64,000 nucleotides of DNA from Felis catus (lineage: Eukaryota). The stretch spans positions 167,898,001 through 167,962,000 of the forward strand of contig NC_058368.1 in the NCBI RefSeq assembly GCF_018350175.1, written 5' to 3'. Positions 26,233 through 38,243 of this stretch are shown here, piece by piece. Each line of letters starts with the position of its first letter. Position 1 is the stretch's first letter. The translations under genes were made by a program, and so were the position numbers. The notes beneath the pieces are model-generated. The model was not told where the DNA came from. It did no database searches and worked only from the letters and a program-made list of their open reading frames with translations.

Positions 26233-27164
26233 CATTTCTCATTCTTCCATTTATTTCTAGCTTCACAACTGCATTCTTGGGCTAGCGTGAGCTCCTACTA
26301 CTTTAACCACAATTGAACTTTATGCGTGTGCTTCTTTTTTTTTCTAGTTTTGGGTGATTTTCAAGAGTAGAGTACAGAAATGTTTTTATTCTGTCATCGT
26401 AAAACCTAAAAGTCCTCTTTATTTTAAAGATGGAACAACTCTTGCCTGGAGTTGAGCAACTTGCTCTGGGTACTGATGATTTGCCTAATTACCCACCAGG
26501 GCTGTTTCCATCAACTATACCATTCATGTCATTATTGGGGTCCCTGTGAGTTTAGATTTTTTTTTTTGGCACAGTTTTAAATTGTGTATACCATGGAGAT
26601 CAACGACATAATTGTTGGACAGTTGATGCTTAGGAAATTAACTAGAAAATCAAATAATAGAATTAAATCTCTAGAAATTCCTGGAAGTGCAATCATGGAA
26701 GAACTAGACCAATGTCGACAGTTAAACTTATCACCTTCTCCTTGAGCTGGCAGACTTTATTTTAGGACCTGTGTAATACAAACTTTTCAATATTTTGCTG
26801 AGCATGCACCCCGAAGTAGATGTAGGTAAGACCTAGATTATCTAATAATATAAAAGCAAAAATGATAAAATAACATTTTCTGTATCATGATGTGGCTTTT
26901 TATGTTACAAGTCCTCACTCCCTGTATGGCAGGTATCACTGTGACCACCTATTTTAAAGTGAGAGAAATTATTTTAATCTCAGGTATTACCTCTTTCACT
27001 GATGAACTGGAAAGAAAAAAAGAGCCTTGCTAGGATAGTGTAACTAAAATGACACACCGAGAGTTAAACCTATAGTTGATTTGAGTGTCACTGGAGGAAA
27101 GGAAGAAAAAGAGGAGGATTAATAAAGACAAAAACATCAAAGAAATGGAACAACTATGCTCTCA

Positions 27165-27300
27165 GGTAGGTATCCCTTATCCCTGTACCTATTTTATAGA
27201 TTTTATAGATGAAGGAGCTGAGGCTCAGGAAAGTTAATCAATTTGCCTTACATCACATAGCTATAGGCGATAGAGCTACGATTTGAACCCAGATCGAGGG
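27165..27300 (-). mobile_element. MIR
   Basis: 'attttatagatgaaggagctgaggctcagg..atttgaacccag'. Confidence 0.75.
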
Positions 27301-28030
27301 TTTTCAACAACTCAGTTCTGTGTGCAGGCTGAAAAGTTCTCAATAACTCAAAAACAAAGTTTGGTTACATGAATAAAGTAAATCTAGAGTAAGCACAAAA
27401 TATTACAGTAGACTGATCATGGTGAGGGCAGGGCAATTTCTTCTTGTTTGAAAGGCAATTTAGTCTCTTCTTTTTGAGTAGACACATCTGTTACTCTTGA
27501 TAACTAGTCATAAATATGGAAAACACCGGACGAGACACGCTAAACTATGCCCATGAAAATGTAGTTGAAAAATTTGTTGTTACTTTTAAGCGAATTTGAT
27601 GTCTACTTATAAAAACCCATTCAACCAACTTTTAAGTGAATTTGATGTAGAGTTATAAAAGCCCACTGAACCACAACAAAATTATTTTAACACAAAACTT
27701 ATTTTACACATTAACAATTTGGTCAAGAATCTAGAAATAAATAAAAATGGCCTCTGAGCAAGCATGGAGAAGAAAAGCCAAAGTAAATGCACTGTGTGCT
27801 TTCCCTACTAGAAAGCCTAGGGCCCCTCCCTTGGGAGTCCAGTGACTCTTATTTTAGGTACAATTCTAACAAGTCAGTTTTCTTCTCCTTGTACACCAAA
27901 GCACATCAACAGCAATAAACAGAAAGAGATGAGATATTGCCAAAAGAAGGAACACAGGAACATCAAAAACACAGACAAATGACCATGATGAACTTCTAAA
28001 AAATGATTCAAGAAAGATGGTGGCTGAGGT

Positions 28031-28250
28031 CAGAGGTTGTCAAACCACAGCCTGCAGGCCAAATTCAACTGCTGCTTTTGTTCAGTGACAAAGTTTTAAC
28101 AGAAATCAGCTATGTTCATTCACTGTATATTTTCTATAGCTGCTTTCACAGGGCAGTGCCAGAGCTGAGTAGCAGTAACAGACACCACATGGCCTGCAAA
28201 ACTTAAAACATTAATATCTGGCCCTTTAAAGAAAAGTTTGTTGACGGTAG
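28031..28250 (+). mobile_element. MER58A-like hAT-Charlie MITE
   Basis: 'cagaggttgtcaaaccacagcctgcaggccaaat..gagctgagtagcagtaacagacacc..tctggccctttaaagaaaagtttgttgac'. Confidence 0.85.
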
Positions 28251-29790
28251 AATCTAGCTCATTAAAAGTGTGGATAAACAGCTTCCCATAACTCACTGGG
28301 GCCTATGGGCATAGCATACCTGAGCTATCCAGAAATTACTGGCTTGTGTTTAGTAGGCTTCAGCAGGCATTATTTAATAAAGCATTGAAGGCTATGACCC
28401 ATTTTATAAAGGTTTCCAGGAAATATTATTTTTAACTAACACAGAACTAACATTTCAGTTAACCAGAAAACTATGTCTATAGAACACCTGAATGAATTAC
28501 GTTCCTAAAGGAAAATCTAGTATTTCAAAACATAAATGACTCAGAAGTCAAAATCGTACAGTTATTTACTGGCACAAGCAGGTCAACAAAATGAAATCAT
28601 TTCAGATGCCCTTGCTGAAACACTTTTTTCCTTTAAGATCAAAGTTTGTATTCTAATTTCCTTCAGGTGATTCAGTCTCAGGGCTATAGAAGTATCATGT
28701 TCCCTAACCTGAGCACACTGGAAACACTGATATCAGACAAGTGAATTGGCATTTTTTGAAGAACTACCGCTGTAATTTAAACTACTCCTTGATCTTCCCC
28801 AAAGCATGCTAGAGAACCTAATTTCCATAAAACTTTCTAACCCAATTTGAACAGTATAATGTGGACAGTGGGGAATAAATGGGTTTGATCAATTATGAAT
28901 TTATATGATATGTTAGTAAGCTATTCAGGCTAAGTCTTACAATTCAGTATTTTGAACACTAATGCCATGCTACATAATTTTAAAATGGTGCATTTCAGAA
29001 AAACCTCACTAGGGCATATTTGCATATTTGGAAATCTAATTAACCCAAGCATATCTTAAAGCTTTCAAGAGAGAACATACAATAACATTTTTGTCAGCTG
29101 AATGTTTGCTTGAGGCCATGTAAGGATTTTATCATCTGGTGTAATTTAACCCTTCAGCTCCCAATTTTTATGCAGGAGCTGTTTAACCTGGGAGTGAGGG
29201 GTGGGCAGATGGAATCTTCCTTCTCTCTAGGCCTGCAAATGGGGGGCTAAGCATGACCAAGAGGACTCTGACTACATTAAGAACACTATGAAGTGCCTGT
29301 GATGACTCTCTCCACTACCAAATCCAAGTCCAAAATGGTCTTTTCTCCCCCACCTTGGATAGCATAACAGAGCTGCTTTTCTTTCAGGAACTACTTGAAT
29401 TAGGTGGAAAAAAAAAAAAACAAAACGCATCACATTGCATAGGTGAAAAGCATTCTGTTGATATTTTTTATGGGGAGGGGGAATACTTCAAAAGGAGACA
29501 GGGGCCCACTGAGGGACACCTCCCCAGATGCTACCTCCACTGCCCATTAACTATAACTTCCTCCAGTGGGATTTTCCTCTCCCCCTAGGCCTGAATCTAA
29601 GTCCACTCTAGAAAGCAGAAAGCAGAAAGTAAAGGCCAGTTCTTTGGACCTACTGGCTCCCTATGAAAATGAAGCACTTGGATCCCTATATGCATCACTG
29701 TCTCTGCATGCCTGGTAGTGGAGACTGATCTTTGGTCAAAACCCCAGTCTCCTGAGATCTTTCCTTTGCAGTTTTGGCCATTTACCTTAC

Positions 29791-29943
29791 CAGAATGAAA
29801 GAAAAGACCTCCTGTCCTTGTTATTGCATCTCCCCAGCGGTTGTTGCAAACATGGGGGCTCAGACTGCAAGACACTATTTGTACTCGCATGGCCTTCACC
29901 TGTTTTTCCAAGTTCCCTGTGGATGCTCCCCTGTTACAGAAGC
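29791..29943 (-). CDS. Candidate internal exon (FCNRGASTGNLEKQVKAMRVQIVSCSLSPHVCNNRWGDAITRTGGLFFHS), unrecognised
   Basis: Branch-like gctaat, pyrimidine tract, tcctctag| acceptor and CTG|gtaagg donor; 153 nt, phase 1-1, open in one frame only. Confidence 0.4.
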
Positions 29944-30327
29944 CTAGAGGAAATGTTGTTTGGGGAAAAAACGGAAGTCTCTGTATTAGCATTAATTGAG
30001 CAGAAAACAAAATTTATGAGGAATGCTGATATTCCCAGTAGAATCTAAATAAATGATACTTGAAATTTCAGGAGATATAATAAAAAAATTATGAACTTAA
30101 TCTGCAACCATATACCGTCCGTTCGCAATAACACTCATTTTAAAATAAAAAATCTGTTCCAAGAGGACTGGTATATTAGGGAACACTGAGCATAATGTGA
30201 ATTTTGCATTTGCTTATGTGGAGTTCTTGGTGAGAAATGCTAGGTGAGCACAGAAAACTGCACCCAGCTGAACTGAATTGTGGAGAAATTTACAAATCAC
30301 ACATAAGCACACATCTCGAACTTCTCA

Positions 30328-30351
30328 TTTCACTTCCTGTGTTGTGACGCA
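30328..30351. promoter_or_regulatory. ETS-IRF composite motif plus CRE/ATF-like site
   Basis: GGAAGTGAAA on minus strand 30328-30337; TGACGCA 30345-30351. Confidence 0.3.
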
Positions 30352-30849
30352 GTAATGAGCCACATTCATGCCCATCTGCTGTCACAATTCCCATCAGATT
30401 TTAGATTATCCCCTTCCACGACTTTACCGTCTGACTCTGACTTCCACAAGTAAACTCCAGGTCTTTTTCATGGGACACTGCCATATTTATTATAGTATCT
30501 AAGTAGCACTGTAGTATTAGTATGTATTCCTTAACTAACATGTGTAAAACTGTGCTGCCATTTTTTATTAGCTTCCTATCTGTTTGTACATCTCTGATGA
30601 AGTTTTTCTCATGTTTGTCCCTAACCCCCTTTCCTAACCCTAAGCTATAATGTTCTGTGCAGCATGATGAATCTAGAAACATGCATGTCACCTTAAAACA
30701 GAACTGACTGTAAATCAGATTCATTGTTTTATTCCAGACCAAAGAAAGGGCAGAGGGCAGAATCAATATCATTTTAGTTGATAAAATGAAACAAATGTTT
30801 TTATGTGTCTTGCTAAGGAGAAACAATCAGTTCACATAGGGTAGTCCTC

Positions 30850-31270
30850 TTGGAATTTTAAAGCACACAGGGCTCCCCTTCCATCGCACCTCGATTCGGA
30901 TCAGATGTCGTGTCCTCCAGCACAACCTTCCCAACTTCCACAACCACCTCAATCTGTATTAGATGCACCCACTCTGTGCCATGTGTTTCAAAGCTGCCTG
31001 CTCACTCCTTTGGCACAGGCCTCATCGCATCACACTGCAACTCTGTTTACTTATTATTCTCATTCACCGCACTGTGAGCTCTTTAGAGCTGTCTTTGCAC
31101 ATGTGTTTGGATTCTGGGCATGTAGCATAGTGTCTAGCGCAGGGGAGGTGCCCAGAAGATGTTTGTGAAGGAAGAATAAAGGAATGTCCAGTTATTTGTA
31201 TTACTCACAGCCTTGAGCATAGTGCTTTCCACAGAACAGGCACTCAATAGACACCGTTGAATTAATGACA
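30850..31270 (+). mobile_element. L2 3' remnant(s)
   Basis: 'ctgtgagctctttagag..tagcatagtgtctagcgcaggggaggtgcccagaagatgtttgtgaaggaagaat'. Confidence 0.6.
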
Positions 31271-31429
31271 GAAAACAGAAAACGAGAAGTATACTTGTTT
31301 AGAGACAAGAAAATGGGAAGCAAAGCCATTTCTTGAATGTGTCAAATAAAGTCTTAATATAAATATTGTGAATTTGTCTTTATAGATGCATAAGAAAGGA
31401 AGAGGACTACGACATTTTATAACCACGAG

Positions 31430-32620
31430 AGAACAGTTAAATTCCTCAAGAGGGGTCTGCCTCAGTTCCCCCATCAAGCAAGTTAACTGTAAAGCTTTCC
31501 AGCCAGGAAGGCTTATTCCATTTTAAACACCTTCAAAGATTGTATTATGTCTCTTGGTAGCCTTAGACAATGCTTAATGATATTTTATAATCAAGAAATC
31601 CCTACCAATGTAAAAGCAAGCTCTCCCTTGCTACTTTAAACTAATTTTCTTTTGTTCTTTATTCTGTAACGATGGAGAACTGGTCAGCATTCTTATTATA
31701 AACCTCTGTATACTATAAGACAGTTATCAAGTCATCTCTTAGCTTTCTATTTTCCTGGCTAAGCAACGGAACTCCTTTAATCTTTCCCCACATGACCTAT
31801 TTTACATCCCATTAAGCATTTCTGTTGTTCTTCTACAGACCTTTCCCAATTTTCACAGTTCTTTTTCAAAGTTGACAAAATAGTTTAATAAAAGCTCATA
31901 CAACACCAAACATAACAAAGGATTATTTCCTAACTCCCCAAATCCCAGTATCATACGAGTTTTATAGCATGCTTTCTAAAAGCCAACCAGCTCTTATCAC
32001 CTCCCTGTGCCTCTTAGTCTACATGCACTCTCTGAATGGGTGGTGTCTGAAGAGATCCTGACACCCAAACTCTCCTTGTGAACAGCTGTTCAAAGGTGCC
32101 CTGAGCACATGCGACACCCTCTGTGTCTGTTCCCACCAGCTTGCTGAACTAGGGCTCTGAGTAGCGAAGCACATTCCATGTGTGCCTCACCTTAATTTTC
32201 TGTAGCCCAGACCACGAAGGAGCTAAACATGTCTTTTGCAGAGCAAAGCTGGCCTTTGTAATCTTGTTTTAGGCTGGGCACTACTCTGCTGACTCACCTT
32301 GAGCTCACAGTCCTTTTCTTGTCATTGCTGTGCTTGGATAATCTTCCTCCCTCTGCTGATAGTATTGTTTACTTTCTTCTCTCAGAATATAACCTTGAAT
32401 TTGTTCCATTTTTTGCAATGTGATTTATATAATTTATTAAGATCATTTCGAATTCTAGTTCTAGCTTTCCAAATGTTTGTAACCTCCTGTTAGCTTAGTG
32501 TAATCTCCAAACTTAATCAGTATGCTTTTCATTCTGTCACCCAAGAAATAATGAAATGCAGAATGGAATCTAACACAGGCACCAGGACTGAATCCTGAAG
32601 ATCTCCAATTAATGGACCCC
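31430..32620 (-). mobile_element. CR1/L3 remnants (possibly interrupted near 31.97-32.25 kb)
   Basis: 'gacagttatcaagtcatctcttagctttctattttcctggctaag..ctcctttaatctttcc' and 'gcttagtgtaatctccaaacttaat' resemble reverse L3. Confidence 0.65.
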
Positions 32621-32925
32621 TATGGCTTATGATAAGGACTTTAGAGGGTAATAGCCTAAATAAAATTTTAAAAAATTAATTTAAAAAAAGCATATGTACC
32701 TAATTGTGATGCGATCTATTTAGACATAATCTTCTTATTTAACGATAATGGGTAAATGGGTAGCAGTATATGGGGTAGAATTAAAGGTGATCACAAATAG
32801 ATAATTACTCCATCACATTGCTTTCCTTTAGTCTGTATAGGTTAATATTTCATCACAGAAGGAAATTATATCAGTTTGGGTAGGTTTCCCATTCGAAAAA
32901 CAAAAAGATAAAATTATAACCAAGG

Positions 32926-33008
32926 TTTGTTTGTTTATTTATTAAATAGGCTCTTTGCCCAACGTGGGGCTTGAACTCACCACCCCAGGATCAAGAGCCA
33001 GGCACCCC
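32926..33008 (-). mobile_element. Short tRNA-derived SINE lacking A box and CT body
   Basis: Minus strand ggggtgcctgg-ctcttgatc..gagttcaagccccacg..A-rich tail; TSD tataaccaag 32915-32924 / 33009-33018. Confidence 0.8.
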
Positions 33009-33286
33009 TATAACCAAGATTTTAAAATGGTGGTCTCCTTTGGTTATTGTCACTGTGGAACTTAAAAGTAAACCAACAATTAATTAACTATTTAAAATGT
33101 AAAAAGTAAAAAGATTTTTAAGTCAATATAAGAAGCTAAATATAGGGACCTGAACAATCTAAGTGATTGTGATAGTCATACTGTCTTGAGATCAAGTTGC
33201 TGAATGACTCAACAAAATATTTACTGTGTAACTGTACAGAAAGGCAAAAACCAGTGAAAAGTAACTTTAAAATTAAATATATTCAC

Positions 33287-33510
33287 GGGGCGCCTGGGTG
33301 GCGCAGTCGGTTAAGCGTCCGACTTCAGCCAGGTCACGATCTCACGGTCCGTGAGTTCGAGCCCCGCGTCAGGCTCTGGGCTGATGGCTCAGAGCCTGGA
33401 GCCTGTTTCCGATTCTGTGTCTCCCTCTCTCTCTGCCCCTCCCCCGTTCATGCTCTGTCTCTCTATGTCCCAAAAATAAATAAACGTTGAAAAAAAAATT
33501 AAAAAAAAAA
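33287..33510 (+). mobile_element. Very young SINEC_Fc-type SINE
   Basis: CpGs retained; perfect 19-bp direct repeat taaaattaaatatattcac 33268-33286 / 33511-33529. Confidence 0.98.
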
Positions 33511-34904
33511 TAAAATTAAATATATTCACTAAAAAGATTCCATTACTTTCTAAACTTCAAACCAAATACTGTACACATTTAAACAAAAAAGAGCAAAGCA
33601 ATTATGTCTTAATGGTTGTAAAGGCTTTCTTCATTGGTAATTTTAAACTAGATAAGTAAATTTAATTTCCACTCAAAAAATATTTGATCCTAGAGAAATT
33701 TCCGTCAGACAACATTTTTGTCACTATCACAACCATTTCCAAAAGTCATAAACAATACACTTAGAGACAATTAACAACAATGTCCTTAAGGAACAGTGTT
33801 TAGTCAGTTCATCAAAAATAACTATTGACTGGAAATTTGATTGCGATATAGAACCTTACTTGCTTACTTCTCTTAGCTCCACGTTCAGCTATTTTGTTAT
33901 TTTAGGCTACTAGTTGTTTTGTGAAGCTGTTAGATGTTTTCAAAACTGCACAGAAATGGGTCAAGGGAAAATTACAAAAAACTCTCTCACTAGAATCAGA
34001 TTTATGGAATGTTTGATAAAGGGATATCTTCTGTTAACAGAAAAAGGAACATATATGAAAAAGAAGAAAAAAATCTGAGCTGTGCATTCAGCAAAGAGTG
34101 AACTGACCTTGGAATTGTATTGTATAAACATACAATTTTCCCCCATTTAGTTTTCTGCTGGCATATACACTCTGTCTGCATATAATGTTAATGCATCATT
34201 TATTTATATCAAAAGCCTTCTCTAGACAAGCGTCCTAAAAATATAGTAAGATTATTTTGTTCTGGGAGTAAAGAACTTAAGAAAATCCTCATTCTTAAAA
34301 TATGCTCTTTTATAAAATCAATTCACAGATATTCAGTGTCTAGTCAATAAGCTATGGATTGCCAATAAACATGCTCAAATACTTCTCCTCCTCTTCCTTC
34401 CCTTTCTTCATGTATTGGCTTTGACTGCTCATTAGCACACCCAGGACAAGACAAGATGGGTGACACAAATCTATCGATTTAGAAGACTTGCCAAAAACTT
34501 CTGGAAATTTACTTCCCTTCAGTAATCTTGTTTTTCATTACAGTTCTTGAAATATGTTTAATTAATGGGATTAAGTCCAAGGTCAAGTAAATAGGTCATA
34601 TAAAGAAATAATATCATAAAATATAATTTCATTTCTAACATCCCATGAGCTTACAATGTATTCCTACAAAAATACTATTTGATATTTGTGCTTTAAAATT
34701 TTATATAGTATTCAAGATTAAAAATGGATACATGTTTTTTATTTGCTTGGGCACAATCTACTACATTAAAGAGTATTTGAAAAAAAAATGTGTCATTGCC
34801 TGAGATTTGGATACTTTTTTATTATAGTGGGTTTTTCTTTAATTGTAATGGCTTTAGGATTAATAGAATTTGACTCATGAACTGAACATGCAGAATGAAC
34901 TTAC

Positions 34905-34932
34905 TGTTTTCTTCAGTAACACACAAAGAATT
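34905..34932 (-). CDS. Candidate 28-nt micro-exon (NSLCVTEEN)
   Basis: ttatcttttgatttctag| acceptor and ACA|gtaagt donor; phase 0 to 1 fits the 29791-29943 candidate. Confidence 0.2.
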
Positions 34933-37160
34933 CTAGAAATCAAAAGATAAAAGATGCATGGAATCTGAATCAATCTAGATGTAAATTTGACAGTTCATTT
35001 TTATTACAGATGATAGAGTTTTTGAGATAACAGGCTTATAAATAATATCAAAGATTCCATTTGTAAGGTTCAGCTAGGAGTCTCGCTCAACAATCAGATT
35101 GTTCTGATTTTCCTTCTTTAGTTAAAGCGGATTTTTCAGAAAAGAAACTTAAAGATGGTTGACCTAAAACAGGTAACAAAGCTTCACAGGGGAAATGTTT
35201 AATATTTCAACATAAAGATAATTATACCAATAGTGGGCATGCTGTAAAATCATTTTATAATATCAAAATGAACATAAATAATAGTTTATGCCAGCCCTTT
35301 GTTTAATGATACATCCAACAAATGTGGATATGGTAGCAGGAAATTCAACAGAAGTTAGAAAGGTTATGTTTGTATGTTTGAATTCCTGGTGATGGCAATT
35401 TTTCCCCCTACTATTTCTGTGGTTTTCAAATGCTTGACTATGAATAGCTATCATTTTTACAGACAGATAAAAAGGTGCTAATGTTAAAAAAAAAGTTTAA
35501 AACCCAAATACAATTCTGAGAAGATTGGAAGATTTCTGCTAGCATTCTCCAAGGGATCATAAATCTCCAGATGTTATATATGATGTACGCTGACTTCTCT
35601 CAGGGTTGATATACAATCACTTGGAAGAATCATGACTTTATTTTAAAAGTCTACCTTATCTCCACTGGTTACAAGTATAAAGAATATTTTAGGCATTAAG
35701 GAAGCAGAAAAACCTAAGATTCTCTATCTGCAATTTTTCCTCACATTGCTAGATTTCCCTCGAACCAATTACTGAAGTTGATATAAGAATGTCTGAAATA
35801 CAGGGAAAAAAGGTATTTGAATCATTCAGGCTATTTGAAGCAAATTCATAATAGTGAGTCAACAAAGTGTTATTGGATTAATTTTACTCAGTACTAGATG
35901 TTGGATAAAAATGATGAAAAAAAGACCCTACCCTTTTCCTCTCAGGTCTCAGCAATGTGTAAACTCAGAGTCTAGATGGGGGTGACACTAGCGGCAGGGT
36001 CTGAGGCAGGACAGGTCTGCCCGTGATTTCTTGTGATTGTGTAGTTTGTGCTCTCCCTCTATTTGGGGATACCTTGTTCCAGACAACAGTAAAGAAACAA
36101 TACAGGAGATAAGTTATGAGTAGAAAATGGAGCACATTTCATTTTTTAAAAATGCTTTAAAAACTTTTTTTTTACTCTTTTTGAGACATCTCATGTAATA
36201 GCAAGCAATTAGAGGGAAAGAAAGGGTGAGACAATAAAAGAGATCATGGAACAGATTTCAATATAAATAAATAGTGTTTAAACTGAGGTCTCAAGCTATA
36301 ATATCTAGAGTTAAAACAAGTGATTCTAGTCTTGTGGTGGTGGGGAGAGAGGAGCAGGTATTGTAAGTACTAGAATGTACTTTGAGTGTATTCTCATAGA
36401 AGAATAAGAGACATTTTAAGCCCATATTCGCCTCCACTCTTTTCCCTCTTTCCAAGGTCATTATCACTGGGAATTGGCTGGAGAAGAGGGTTGGAAATTT
36501 CGAGGGTGTTTGCTATTTAAGTACAAGTTTAAAAGTAAAAAATGTGCATCCCTGCCACTATTATAGGACAAAGAATATATAGCTGGGTGTAGGCAGGCAG
36601 GGATTAAGTCCTATTTGTATATTACACTAAATTATTCATTGGACATAATTCTTCCTAAGCAGGTTGACAAAGAATCATAATAAAGTGTTTAGTAAAAGTG
36701 GGATTTACTAAACTGTGCATATTCCAAATGCAGTTTTAGAAATGAGAGGCAAGTGGGTTATCTCTACGTTATCATTTATTTAGGGGTTATCACTGATTTT
36801 CTTTGTAATATTCTGTATTTTTCAAATGATAAGGAATACACACACACACATACACAATTTAAGAGTATCCTGCTGTATTGCTAGGAGCTTTAAATTTATT
36901 ACTGCTAAATTTTCAATGATCCCACAGTCTATAGAGAAGAGAGCGAGAGTATAGAGAGAGTTTATACCCCTAAGTTTATAGAGAAAAAAAGACTGTGGCT
37001 CAGAGATGGTTAGCTGTGCTTAAGTTCACACATAGATAATTAAATGTCACAGGTCAGATTTTTTTTTCTTTAAGAAAAAATACTAAAGAACAGAGATGAA
37101 CTGAGTATTATTGTTGCTATGAAGGGCATTTGTGGGCCTTGGATATTACCTTGACAAATC

Positions 37161-37367
37161 TTTCTTTTTTTTAATGTTTATTTTTGGGAGAGAGAGACAG
37201 AGTGCAAGGCGGGCAGGGGCAGACACACACACACACACACAGAATCAAAAGCAGGCTTCAGGCTCTGAGCTGTCAGCACAGAGCCCGACGTGGGGCTCGA
37301 ACTCACTGTGAGATCATGACCTGAGCCGAAGTCAGACACTCAACCGAACAAGCCACTCAGGTGCCCC
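37161..37367 (-). mobile_element. CAN-SINE, GA tract partly replaced by (CA)n
   Basis: Full layout; TSD accttgacaaat 37148-37159 / 37368-37379. Confidence 0.95.
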
Positions 37368-37744
37368 ACCTTGACAAATTTTGATAGCCACTACCTGAGA
37401 GTCTTCACCTGAGTGACAGGGATATCCCATGGATTGGCTCCAAAGAAACATGATTAACAAATTCTACATGAACCTGCATATGTGTCTGGACAAACGTATT
37501 TGTCTGGGCAGAAAGTTTCTAATTTTCATCAGATAATGATTAAAGTACTTGTTCAGGAGAAACCTTATACATAGTTTCTTCTTTCAATAAACTTAGGCAA
37601 TATTCCTTGTACGGTTGGATTCATTAAACACAGCAAGTTATTAAAGGATGGGCTGGGGGCTTGTGGAAGGCGGGGTGGAGCTGAGGCAGATGCAGGCTGG
37701 TAAACCTGGCTGGGAACTTATGCTTTGAGAATAGTGGAGCTTGA

Positions 37745-37885
37745 TGATTCTCAAACTTCAGCATCATCAGAATCACCTGGAGGGCTTGTTAAACTACAGA
37801 TTGCTGAGCCCCACCCCCAGAGTTCTGGATTCATTCAGGCTGTGGTGGGGCCCGAGAATCTGCATTTCTAACAAGTTTCCAGTAA

Positions 37886-37916
<31 letters not shown>

Positions 37917-37925
37917 TAGGGAAGA
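37745..37925. mobile_element. MER5A-like hAT MITE containing a (CTG)~9 expansion at 37886-37914
   Basis: 'ttctcaaactt..catcagaatcacctggagggcttgttaaa..cagattgctgagccccacccccagag..gaatctgcatttctaacaagtt'. Confidence 0.9.
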
Positions 37926-37959
37926 ACACACTGAGTCGAGGCACAGACTCGGGGACCCA

Positions 37960-38140
37960 ATGGGGTTTAAACCCTTGGCCTACTACTTATGAGGGTGTAT
38001 CATTAACAAGTTACTTAACCTCCTCCTACCTCTGTTTTCGAATCTGTAAAGTGGGCATGATTATATCTAATAAAATTAAACAGGATAACATATGTGAAGG
38101 TTATTCCAATGTATGACACACATTAAGAACTCAACAGATT
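37960..38140 (+). mobile_element. MIR
   Basis: 'caagttacttaacctc..cctctgttttcgaatctgtaaagtggg'. Confidence 0.7.
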
Positions 38141-38198
38141 TGATGCATAAATCAGTAAACTCAATAGTTCAAAAAACATTTATATACATCTAATAAGG

Positions 38199-38200
<2 letters not shown>

Positions 38201-38238
<38 letters not shown>
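38201..38238. repeat. (AC)19 microsatellite
   Basis: Directly visible. Confidence 0.99.

Positions 38239-38243
<5 letters not shown>

Noticed and set aside
15150..29830. Joined peptide ..TGGLFFHSVLQLFISMLLPD.. recalls, from memory, ..TGGLY..LLQYLLWVFLPD.. of TFIIH p34 (GTF2H3)
   Set aside because: Short resemblance, no following C4 zinc-finger pattern, and the junction itself is hypothetical; no gene name assigned without a profile search
33197..33490. ORFs such as MAQSVKRPTSAQV.. and GAPGWRSRLSVRLQPG.. recurring across the window
   Set aside because: Translations of CAN-SINE copies, not a gene family
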